Source: Gnetum montanum (lineage: Eukaryota > Plantae > Gnetophyta). From it: a stretch of 64,000 nucleotides of DNA. The stretch covers positions 494,963-558,962 of the forward strand of contig MNCI01000952.1 of the NCBI GenBank assembly GCA_015680685.1, in the 5' to 3' direction. Below the pieces are notes generated by a model. The model saw nothing but the letters and a program-made list of their open reading frames with translations, did no database searches and was not told where the DNA came from. Below are positions 40,277 to 51,690 of this stretch, in pieces. The number at the start of each line of letters is the position of its first letter. Positions within the stretch are counted from its first letter, which is position 1. The position numbers and the translations under genes are program-made.

Positions 40277-40500
40277 GTAATGCCAACCACTTGGGAATGC
40301 CAATAGTTGGGGAATGCCAACTATTAGGAAATGTCAACAATTGAGGAATGCCAATAGTCAAGGCATGCCAACTTTTGGGGAATGCCAACAGTCTGGGAAT
40401 GCCAACAGTCAGCGAATGCCAACTATCGGGGAATGCCAATAGTCAACGAATGCTAACTGTTGGTGAATGCCAATAGTCGAGGAATGCCAATTGTTGGGGA
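40277..40500. repeat. GGGAATGCCAA(C/T)AGT motif array (~21-bp period) in the D 3' LTR
   Basis: About 10 copies of (GG)AATGCCAA are visible. Confidence 0.85.
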
Positions 40501-41898
40501 AGTGCTGGATCTGAGGTGAAGGCTAATGCTAAGCTCTAGAGGATTTTAGAGGTTGTTGGAGGCTTCTTTGCAATGCCAAGCTAGCTACACTCTAGAGCAT
40601 AACCCAACACTTGGAAGAAATTGCAATTGCAATGCTGAAGCTTAAAATTGATGGTGTTTTAATGACCCCTCTTTGTTGATGTTTGGAGGAATGGCCCGAG
40701 AGATGTCAACAAAGAATTGCAAAACACCACCGCAAATGTGGCACTAACATTGCTCATCAGTATAGGATTGGATGTCGTTCCACCATGTTCAAGAGTGTTG
40801 TGGATAAGGGTATGTTGAGGGAAAAGGGATCTAGGTAATGTGCTAGGGAGATGAAATGTAAGCAAAGGAAATAAAATGGAAATAGTGTATCCTAATGTAA
40901 GATGTGAAGTCAACATAGCTGATGGTGACCATGGCATGGAGTGGCTTGCCCTTGAAATGTTGACCTCTCATCGGAGTGCTCATGAAAGAGTTAAAGTCGA
41001 TCCATGGTTGGGTCGGTTGTGCAACTGCAACATTGTCAATTTGCTTGGGGATGTGTTTTTTCCCGTTCTACTTTTCTTTTTCTTTTTTTTTTGTCTATTT
41101 TTTGCTTTTCTCTTTTTTTTTTCATTTTTTCTTTGCTTTGCTTTGTTGCAAGGTGAATCTCCATTGGGTTCGGCTTACTACTAAGCTGCAAGGTGTGGGC
41201 CATCGAGTAGATGGGCTTTACTTTGATGCAACTACATCATGTCTGTAGGAGAGGTGTTTCCACCTAGGGATGAGGTGCATTACATCCACTTGGGCCTTGA
41301 CCAGCCAATAGAGGCTTCCCATGGGATGAGTTGCGTTATGTCTACCATGGGTTTTATGGTTGACATGAAGAGAATGCCATATGTGTCATTGTGCATATGC
41401 ATTAAAGGGATGTGCAATAGTGAGTATGCAGGGGATGAGAGGATATTGGGATGAAGGAGTGGATGTGCGTAGGTTGTAATAGGGTGAGGAGGATGTGCAC
41501 TCTTGAGTGGCTTAACTAGTCCAATCATGCACATTGGAGCAATGTGGTGACTTGTTGCTACAATGAGATGCATCTATGCATGACTGTCTTTGAGGCTTCA
41601 TCCAACAAACACAACTTTGAGAAGACAAGAAAACCATACAACATAAAATGAAAATGTAAATGCTAGATGTGAAGATGCTGCAAGTGTTAGACACAAAGAT
41701 GTTGCAAATGTGTCAAATGTTGCGCCAGTTGCAAGTGCTCAGGAAGCTAATGAAAGTGCCAAGGTGATGATGCTGCAAGCGCTCCAAAGATCGCACCGAT
41801 GGTAGGTTCTTCCAAAGATCAGCAAAATGATAAGAGGCGATGATGTTGTGAGTGCCCCAAGGATTTCACCAATGGTAGGTGCTCCAATAGATTAGCAA

Positions 41899-42130
41899 CA
41901 TGCCAGTTTAAAGTCCTGGCAGATCGTGATGTGCTAGTTTATAGTCCTAGTAGACTATTGGATGCTAGTTTAATGTCGTAGTAGATAGTGGATGTTGTGC
42001 CAATTTAACGCCATGACCCAAGGATGACCTATTGTGCTAGTTTAATCTCATGACCCAAGGATGATCTGTGCTAGTTTATATTCATAGCAGACTGTCTATG
42101 CCAATTTATAGTCATAGCGGACTAGTGCTT
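41899..42130. repeat. ~30-bp tandem repeats TGC(C/T)AGTTTA(A/T)..TC.TAG in the D 3' region
   Basis: About 7 degenerate units. The same core recurs at 45300-45385. Confidence 0.75.
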
Positions 42131-42699
42131 ACCTTACTTGTGTGAGGTGCAATGTTGCATGCATAGTCATGTTGTGTGCCTACAAGATCCTGCAAAAATC
42201 AACTAGAAAAACAACATCAAGCAAAAAATATGTAACAAAGTTAAAATGCATAAATCAAAGGAAGGTAATGTAGAAAGTGATAGTTTTAGGCCGTTCAGGG
42301 CTATGGGCTAGTTTAAAGCCTTTTCAGGCCATGTGTTTTTTAGTTTTATGTTTTTCTATTTTTATGTATTTTTTATGTTTTTCAAATGCAATGTGTAAGC
42401 TAAGTTGATGAATGCGTAAACAAAGTAGAAATGTGTAAACAAAGAAAAATGCGTGATCTAAGTGAGCAAGAAAAATGTAAATGTGTAGGCTAGTGTGATG
42501 CAAATAAAAGTAAAAAATGCATGGCAAGTGGAGGCAAGGGGTAGGCAGGCATTTAGCACATTTTGGCCAAGGGAAAGTCCTGGCCATGTAGTTTCTTCCT
42601 AACCAGGTGTGGATTAGGGGGCTTGTAAGGCTTAGGATCCTCTAGGAGGCTGTTGTCTTCAACCACTCATTTGGGTATGTTAGCCTTAGGCATTGCGTT

Positions 42700-45270
42700 G
42701 GTTGCTACAGATGCATCAGCAAAAAACTCCACTTCCGACACTTGCACCATGTCTATGTTGTGGATAGCTGAAAAGGAAGCGTTATCACCATGGATGATAA
42801 CTTAACCACCTTCATATGGAAGGTGGACTTCTTGGTGAATGGGAGAGGAGACAACTCGTAGTTGAGCTAGCCAAGGCCTACCCAAGATTAGGTTGAAGCT
42901 TGACATCTCCTCTATGATATAGTGAAATATGCATAGGTGGGGAATTGCTCTCCTACCACAAAGGCTAAGTTGATTGTACCCCTAACAATGACGCATGATC
43001 CATTGAAGGATTTTAGGCACACAGTTTTGGTTGGCCTGATTTCATCTGCTAGGCCTAACTTGTCAATGATGGAGTACAGGACTACATTTGTTGCTGCACC
43101 ATCATTGACATGCACTCTACGAATCATGCACTGCCCAACACATGCTAATGGATAGTGGAGCTGTAGTGACCTCCCCTCTTTTGGGGTTGACATTGACTGC
43201 ATAATTATGGAATGCTAGGAATATTGAACTCGATTCTTGTGGTGTAAGAGGTAACATCATTACATAGATGGATGCCTCATCTGCAAGGATGTCCTCTGTA
43301 ACAGGAACGAAGGCCAACATTCAAGCCAATGCTTGGTGGTGAGTAGATGAGGTCATGACCAAGTTGTACAAGCTTAATGTTGTGTTCTTTTGCTTGAGCC
43401 TTTGTTTCACATGGGTTAGTGTAGCTATGAAGTCCTTGTCATCAACTATTGTGTTGGCCTTGACTTCCTCCATGCAGCTTGAGAGATAGATCTCTCATGG
43501 AGGGGACTTGGGCTTGAGTTGTTTGGCCTGATTGGGGGCAAGATCCCTAGTGTTCGATTTTTGCTTATTAGTTATGGCATTTTCTTTGGCCATGGGGGTT
43601 GTGAGGCACTTGTTCATCCTCTTGCATTGCCATTGATAGGCCTACCTAAGTTTCCAATGGGATTAGCCTTCGAAGGAAGAGAGGTTAAGCTGTTGCCTAC
43701 TGTTGGGCTTTGGGTAGGTGAGGGGCCATCATGTTGTGGCACCCTTATGACAAACGATGGTTTAGGAGTTGTTGCAGGGCCAACTTGTTGTGGCACCTTG
43801 ATGACAAAAGGTTGCTTAGCAATTATTGTTGTTGCATCATTCCAGTTTAATGTCTTAGTGGACAACTGCTATGGAACCTTGACCACAAAGGGTGTTGTGG
43901 ATGCTTAAGGTGGCACTTTGATAACCAAGGGAGGCCTCTTACTTGTGGAGGTTGAGGCAATCCTTGCCTTACTAGGAGGCATGTGGATCACAAAAGGTTG
44001 TTGGATAGGTTTAGACTTACCACCTACACTGATGGAGTTTATGACATATGGGGCATCATCTGTGTTGGATTGGCTCACTATGTCAAGCACTAGTTGGCCC
44101 TATTTTATCATTCTTTGTAGGTCATCCTGCAAATCACAATAGTTGTCTGTACTATGGCCAGACAGCTGGTGGTAATGACAGTATTGGTCCAGTTAGAAAT
44201 GTTGTGGGACTACGGGCTCGTTTGGTACTGCTAAGATAGGGTTTCTTAGTAGTTCGAAGTACCTATCATGTTTTTGGTAGGTAATCTTTAATACGTGTTT
44301 GTATTGGATTCGCCCAGCTTTCAAGAGTTGATCCAGTAGTCTTGAGGGTTCCATCGGTAGCGGTGTATACTTTGAGTGATCCTTACACTCAAAGTTAGGC
44401 CTTGGGGTGACCCCTGCTGATGTAGGTGAGTTGGCACCAAAGTTGGTGACTTTGTGAGTTGGGGCCTTAGGCTGCTTAGCTATTGGACCTTGGTTGGTTG
44501 ATTTTGTGCTTATAGCCACTATTTCCATTGTTGCATTTTGCTTGCGCACATCTTGGTTTCTATAGGACATGTAGGCTAGGTCATTGCTAGCTTGCACTAC
44601 CTCTTCTATGCCTTTTGATTGAGCAAAGGCTTGGCTAAGAGACTTTGGGTCCAGGTAATACAGTTTGGCCTTGACGAAGTCATTCACTACATCCTTGAAG
44701 ATGGCCAATAGGTGCGTCTCTACTAAGGGTTCATGCATTTTGCTCAATGCAGTGTTCCAACATTGGAGGAATTTTGGCACAGGCTCTGGGGGCCCCTGCT
44801 TGACCTACATGAGCTAGTCAAGGATTACTTCAAGCTTTAGGTTGTACCTGAAGCGTGTCACAAACTAGCTTATGAGATCCTCTAAAGAAGAGATTGAGGC
44901 CTTGGGTAGCATATGATACCAATTTAAGGCCTTGCCAGTGAGTGACATAGGGAACACATGCATGATGGCATGTGGCTAGGCTTGAAGGAGCAAGCACTTA
45001 GATTGGAATGTAACCAAGTGTGCGTTGGGGTCTCCTTCACCATTGTACTTGGTGAGTTAAGGAAGTTGGACCCCAGTTGGAAGAGTTAGACGTGGTACCG
45101 TAGGACTTATGGGATCATCCTAGTAGAAGTCCACCACCTTGTCGGTGTCGAAGGCAGTAGCCTTGAGTTGGTTGATCTCCTCCATCAAGCTTTGGATTAA
45201 CTAGAATGCTTGATCCAAGGTTGGGGATGTGCTAGCTGGTTGCATTGGTTGGGCTTGTGTTGGTTGCATA
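42700..45270 (-). pseudogene. Element D gag-protease
   Basis: KYNGEGDPNAHLVTF (~45050-45005). Retrotrans_gag ORF 44193-44780. PR RRVHVNDGAATNVV (ORF 42912-43202). SFNLILGRPWL (~42900-42868). Confidence 0.85.
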
Positions 45271-45299
45271 GCATAGGATCAAATTGTTGGTTGTGGGGT

Positions 45300-45630
45300 T
45301 TGCCAATTTAATGTCATAGCAGACAATCGTTGCCAGTTTAACGTCGTAGCAAATAGTAGTTGCCAGTTTAACATCATAGTGGACGAGTTTAGTTGATGCA
45401 TTGACTGAGTGATGGATGTAGTGTAGAAAAATGACTGACTAAGTCTAAAAATGCAAAAATATGGCCAAGTGTGGAAACTACAAAAAATTGACCAAGTGTA
45501 AAATTGTAAAAAATTTGGCTAAGTATGAAACTGCAAAAATTTGGCTAAGTATGAAAATGCAGAAAAAATGCTAAGTATGGAAATGTAGAAAAAATGCTAA
45601 CTGTGGAAATTGCTAAAAATGGCTAATTCT
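45300..45630. repeat. Tandem repeats in the D 5' UTR (3x 30-bp TGCCAGTTTAACGTCGTAGC unit; ~26-bp AAAATTTGGCTAAGTATGAAACTGC units)
   Basis: Directly visible. Confidence 0.75.
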
Positions 45631-47769
45631 AGTGCTACACTTGCTACGCTTTGAGAACTTTTTATGCTCTCCAAAGCATCTAGAGTTTTGAATGCAATGG
45701 ATACGTTTGGGCTTTCATCCTATGGGGTTCTACGGAAATCAACAACTAGGACAAATCTACATCAACCGGTGGTGGAGAGAGCATGTGGGACAATAATAAA
45801 AAAATGCAGAAGGAAATGGCGAGGCCCTTCTTCTAGCACCAAAAAGTTGTAATAACCAAACACGTTAGTGGCTAAAATCACCGAGGGATCAACGGATGCA
45901 CAGCCTTAACCCCGCCTCCATGTGAGGGCCTTAGTGGAAACAAAGGTGGAGTGTCCTAAGTGGTCTTGTTGATCAAATAGGAACTTTGTCGGTTGTAACT
46001 GGGGCAATGGGTACAACCAGGGGGTGGCATGGTTAGCCGAAATGCAAATGTAAATAATATGTAGTACAACACGACGACATGTAAAAGAAAAAGTGCAGAA
46101 AGATGCAAGAAAAATGCAAGAAAATGCTAGAAATAAGAGAGAGAAATGGAACACTACCCCAAATGGAAGCATAGTTAACTCCAAAAGGGTCTTAGAAGGT
46201 ACATAATGTACAACAAGTGTAGTGGAAGCACAGTCACAGTCTTGGTGGTGTCAGGCTGTGAAGTTTGGTGCTTGCCATGATGAATCGTGCCTACTAGGTT
46301 GGCTATCATGGTGTACCGTGATGTGTTCTATAGGGCTACAATAGGGCTATAGTGGGCTATGATGTGCAACTCTATCTCTCTGCTAGTGTGGTGTGCTTTG
46401 GGTCTTGTTCGCCCAAAGATGCTATGTGCCAAGATGCCAAAATGCCAAATGCCAAGATGTTGAAATACATTCTCATTAAAGTTTAGATTTTCTCATCTAA
46501 TTTTTTCATAATTAAATTATAATTTTTCCTCTTAAATATATTTTCACTGAAATTTGAGCTTGAATTTCATCAAATGTACATTTTCAACAATTTGAATCTT
46601 CATGATGCCTAAATTAGAATTTCTCAACTCAAGGGTTCACAAAATAGTATGAAGATCCTCCCACCCCTCTCCATAGAGATTCTGTCCAAATTTAAATTTT
46701 TCCACCTAAATATATTCCATGTCCACAAATTAGTGTGAACATCCTTCCAATTAGTAAGTTTGAATTTATAATTTTTTATGATAAAATTAGAATTGGTGCC
46801 TAATTTTTTTTGGTAATTCAAATCTTCATGGTGCTCAAATTATAATTTTCTACCCCAACTATGTGCAAAACCACAAAATAGTATGGACATCCTTCTACTC
46901 CTGTCCATTCAAATTTTGCTCAAATTTAAAGGTTTATCCTTCCAAATAGATTTGCCTCTTGGTCAAAATAATATGTTGTAGATATAAATTTTATTAATGA
47001 AAAAGACAATGATGCTAGTTATAGCTCTAAATAGATTGGCCTCTCAGCTAAAATAAAATGTTACATATATAAATTTTATATATGCTAAAAAGGAAATGGT
47101 GCTGGTAATAGCCCTAAAGTTATGGCATATGATTGATTAACTATGAGGTATTAGCTTAGTGATCCAGGTGTTGGCCTAGTAACCCCAAGTTATAGGTTGA
47201 GCTGTTTCATAATCATTGAATTATAAACTTCTATAATCGTAGAAGTAGTTCAACTAGAGCTCCTTGTGTTTTACATTGTGTAGCCACAAGAAAGCCAAAG
47301 GTGGTCCTAAATCTCATGTTGTTACAACCTACAAGGGTTATTTGATTGTTTACATTGGTAAACACTAAACAATAATTAGTAATGTATGTGTTACATTTTA
47401 TATGCAAATTTTGACCTATGTTGCTAGAAATGCAATGGATTCATAAAGTTTCACATTTTTTGTTGTGAAAACGAGATCCCATTTCAAAACATTGTCACCC
47501 ATGAGTAGTTACTGTGACTTGCTGGTCAAAACATTTCATAGTACACTGAAATGTTTTGGACACATTTCATTTCCTTTTGTTTCATTTTTTTAATTTTTTG
47601 GCTTCAAATATATGATATAGAGGGATACAAAGTGCTTTATTCTCAACTACTGCATATGCATCAAACTCTCTTGAATTAAATGAAGGTCTATATGGAATTG
47701 AATGTTTTACCAAATGATAGATGTGTGAAAGGGAAAAGATGGAGGGAAAGAAAAATTTCAACCACTTCT

Positions 47770-48760
47770 ATGGCAAGGACAATAATGAGCAACACATGCA
47801 AGTGAACCATTTGGGGCATGTGTTGTTAATGCTGCTATTGCTACTGCTTTTGTGTTGCTCTCCACGGCCATGCATTGTTAATGTCAACTCTATGGTAAGT
47901 ATTCTTTTAAAAAATACTACATTACCTTTGTAACAACCACTCTGCTTTGCAAAATTGGCCAAATGGTCGATTTGGGGACCATTTTTGTACATTACCTCTT
48001 CATTGGTCTTTCTTTTACTTACATGCTTCCATTTGAGTCGAAGTTTCTTATTATAGTAAACATAGTATGTGATGTATGTGATCGATGTAAATGTTAGCTA
48101 AGCCAACCATTTTTATTATTATTCATTCACTTGCAGGCTTACCATTTTGTCGTAGTGGATTCGAACAAGTTGAATCTCAAGTCAAGTAAGAACAAATATG
48201 CCTGCACTTCTGCCCACAGTGTTAGCAAACTAGCACACGTAAGCCAATCTCCTTTGGGGAATACTACACTCATACTATTATTTTCATTATATTTCATTGT
48301 TTTATTTTGCTTATGTATGATATGTATGTATGCATGCATACATGTAGTTAATGTTTTTTTGGATGCTATCAACAAAGCTCCCTTTGGAATCATAAATTGA
48401 CATTGTTACTATCCATCTTGGGGTTATTAGCATAACTATGTTGAGTAAATCTAGATCCTCAATTTTGAAGAATAAATTATAGAGTATGATATTCGTGACA
48501 CAACCAAAATCTAACACACACTTTTTAATTTACGACATTGTAGATAGTATTTGTTGATAGCCATTACAAGGACAAGTCTTTTTGGAGGTTCAAAGCTGCA
48601 TAAGGTAAGACATTTAATTTTTTTAGGTTATAATCATTACAACAATTTTAAATCCTATAATTTCATTTCATTCTTTTCTCTTTTTCTATGAATTTCTTAG
48701 TTTCTATTAATTATCATGTCCACCAGGTGCAAAAAGTGTACTGTATTATGCAAATTTTGC
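47770..48760 (+). pseudogene. Fragment of a FOREVER YOUNG (FEY)-like short-chain dehydrogenase/reductase gene
   Basis: Exon ending 47894 (EQHMQVNHLGHVLL..IVNVNSM|GTAAGT). Exon 48137-48238 (AYHFVVVD..SKLAH|GTAAG). Exon 48348-48440 (LMFF..KLPLES*IDIV, with in-frame stop and broken donor). Exon from 48727 (GAKSVLYYA). No N-terminal TGxxxGIG exon seen. Confidence 0.8.
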
Positions 48761-49848
48761 AAAAATAGTTCTATTGCTTATCTTCTTATGTAGCTTTTCA
48801 TTGTGCAGTGCATTCATATGCATCTTTTGTTCATAGTGAATTCATTTTGATGAGCTCATGCTTATGAATAAAGGGCACTAATTTTTAGTGTAGCAATTTA
48901 CAAATTCAGTGGAGTAAAAAACCTTGTATTAAGTGTATCAAAAAGGAGCTTGTTTTTGTACACATTCAACTTTTGGTTTTGCTTACTGTATTTGCCCGAA
49001 ATTGCAACATTTATTCTCATCACTTTTTAATAAAACCTACAATGAACTTTTAAACTACAGGTATTGATGTTTTCATGTTATCTTAATTCTTTGTTTTAAC
49101 ATTCTTTATTATTTTTCTATATTAGCATTTTCTATTTTCTCCTTTGTTTTAGCATTCAAGAATTCTCTCTATGTTAGAAACATGGTTCAAGGTTCTGTGT
49201 TATTTTTTCTCTATCAACATTTTCTATTTTTAACCTCTAGTTTAGCATTCACGCATTCTTTATGTTAGAAAATCTTGGACTTTACATCTTCCAAAGAAAA
49301 ATGAAACTTACTGTTTTTTGGGCTCTCTTTGTAATTTTTTGCATGACTTTTAAAACTAAAACTTGCAATGATCTATTAAGATTTTATATTATCATCAATA
49401 CCATTCTTAACTTTAACAATTTGTTTTATCATCTATTATAATGTTTTATTTTTACCTTAGAAAATTTATTTATTTCATTATCCTTCTCTTTGAGTTGTTT
49501 TTCTAAAATACTCTCCATTTCATGAAATTTATCAACTGCTTTTATTTAGCAATTTTATATAATCATGCAAGCCTTGAATCTTATGTCTTAGCTCAAAATT
49601 TTAATTTTTTTTATTAACCTGATCTTCATCCTGACTGGTAACATCCCTCTTAGCTTTGGAAATTTAGTCTCTTGTTCGGATGACTATTTATGATAATGTG
49701 TTCAGGTCAATGTAGTAGTTTATATTTCCTATGATTGGTCATGGAAAGTGAATGCTTGACATATATTTGTCAAGAGGGGATATATATTAGCTTATGTTTT
49801 GGATTTGGCCTTTTGCTATGATAGATATACATACGAAAGTCCTAAATT

Positions 49849-49864
49849 GAGAGAGAGAGAGAGA
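49849..49864. repeat. (GA)n microsatellite
   Basis: gagagagagagagag. Confidence 0.8.
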
Positions 49865-50029
49865 GGGAGGGAAGAAATAAAGGTTCTGTAATATAACATG
49901 ACTCCCAACCTTCCCTATCTTTTAGGGTAAGAACAACTTAGGGAGCATCTAATATGCAAAACTAAATGGACATAAATAAAAGTAAATATAATGTATTTTC
50001 TAGTTTAGGAAGTTAGATGATTATGCAAT

Positions 50030-51098
50030 TAGTGTGGACAAGAGGTTCTCCATGTCTTGTGCATTAAACCATTCATGAACTTCGGCCTTCATGATCTCTT
50101 GGTTCATTTGCACCAAATTCCATAACAGATATCTGTCCACAAAAAAAATACCCAAAACAAAAAATAGTTTAGATTAGGGCCACAATCTTTGGTGAAAAAG
50201 ATCTATCATAAACGCACATTGGAATATTAGCCTTAATCAAAGAGAAGGGAAGAAAGGCTTACTCTTTCCTAGAAAGAACACAATCATTAGCTTTGAATTT
50301 CAAAGAAGGGTAGAAATCACCACTTCCATCATCAAGATAGAATAACTTCTTATCATTCCATAAATTTCCTAGCTCCTCTATGATCATTCCCTAAAAAATT
50401 TACATCCAAATGTTAAAATCGACTTGACTTGCAACATTTATGAAAATAACACATACATACATATATATAAAATTCTAGAGATTTAGACCTTACACATGTT
50501 GGGAGGGCACAAGGGGTAGCTGTGAGGAGGTCTAGTGATGAAGGGATGATAGGGCTTAATCCTGAGCTATCCATTCTCCTCCATAGTTGCAGGGTTGGTC
50601 TTGATCTTTATGAAGCACTGTAGAAGCCCATGGTGGGCAATAATTATCTTTATGAAAAGCATGTTTGCATCACTCACACTTCTCAAGTCACACTTGTTTA
50701 GTCCAAAAAATCATAAACATTAGTACAATGATTTTTCTTTGACAAATAGAATTTCAAACACTCGATCATGATGTGAATCCAAAGCATTAAAGCAAAATAG
50801 AAAACAATATTCAAGCTCAATTATGACAAAGCATTCATTTCATGGTATAAAATATAGCATTATGCCTTGTAGAGACAACATTCTAAGATTATAAACAACA
50901 ATAGATGTATGTAAAAAAAAGTGTATACAAAATTAGAAACAATAAATTTGTAACAAAGAGAAAGAGATCCACTCATCCTTGCAAATGAAGACACTTGATG
51001 ACCCTGATAGTAGTAGGATAAAGAGGAACTATCTTTGCTACTTTCTCAATATCTACAAGTATTTTTCCTTCAGCATGTAGCTCCCCCATCATCTTGTC
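50030..51098 (-). pseudogene. Pseudogene fragment of a PHOSPHO1-family HAD phosphatase (PS2/PECP1/PPsPase-like), exons 2-5
   Basis: 51098-50977 DKMMGELHAEGK..IRVIKCLHLQG. ~50693-50489 CDLRSVSDANMLFI..TNPA..G*LRIKPYH..CPPNMCK. 50390-50263 GMIIEE..YLDDGSGDFYPSLK..RK. 50132-50030 YLLWNLV..EVHEWFN. It has an in-frame stop, a mutated donor, and no DxDxT exon 1. Confidence 0.88.
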
Positions 51099-51269
51099 CT
51101 AAAATTTTACAAAATTTTGACACACCAATCAACCATAATAAGAAATAATGCCCAATTTTGAATCTTAATGCTAAGAACAAAGAGTCAAAATATGTGACAT
51201 AAAATCTTCCACCAAACCATTAAAAGAAAGGAAAAAAGAAAGAAAGAAAGCATCAACCAAAACATCTCA

Positions 51270-51690
51270 TTAAGCAAAAATACTTTAGGGGCACCATTCC
51301 TCAAATTGCAAATCTCAAGTCATTGCAAATCCTGAATCTTGCAAGAAACAAACTATGAGGCAACATTCCAAGTGAGATATCCCTTATGAATAAGTCACCT
51401 GGCTATCTCCTAAGATTAAGAAATTGTTCAATTTGTGGAGGTTGCACTTTGGTAGAAACCTACTATTATGTAAAATTTCTTTTGAGATAGCAAACAACCC
51501 TATTTTTTAGAACCTTGTCCTATTAGCAAACTATCTATCCAGACCAACACCACCAAAGGTTGTGGGTATAAAAACCATTGTATTTAATTTGGATTTGTCA
51601 AAAAATGCTTTGTTAGGAAAGGTGCCTCTAGAAATATTAGGATTGCAAATGGTATTTTTTATAAATATTTCAAGCAATCATCTTATTACA
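51270..51690 (+). pseudogene. Fragment of a plant extracellular LRR receptor (RLK/RLP) gene
   Basis: FRGTIPQIANLKSLQILNLARNKL*GNIPSEI (~51284-51378) and NLDLSKNALLGKVPLEILGLQMVFFINISSNHL (ORF 51562-51900) fit the LxxLxLSxNxLxGxIP consensus. Confidence 0.8.

Larger units (their letters stand above)
39647..46460 (-). mobile_element. Element D: non-autonomous Tat/Ogre-like Ty3/gypsy (gag + protease, no RT/RH/IN seen)
   Basis: Direct repeats 39647-~40255 and 45848-~46460. Minus-strand PBS TGGTGCTAGAAGAAGGG (45825-45841) after a short spacer. PPT-like AAAGAGGGG at ~40666-40674. The 5' LTR appears truncated at ~46460. Confidence 0.82.

Noticed and set aside
40277-40500. CRISPR-like appearance of regularly spaced repeats
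   Set aside because: This is a eukaryotic LTR motif array with ~10-bp related spacers and no cas genes.
47721-47933. SDR and phosphatase treated as functional genes with giant TE-filled introns
   Set aside because: In-frame stops, broken splice sites, loss of the catalytic SDR tyrosine (H in the YxxSK position) and missing first exons.
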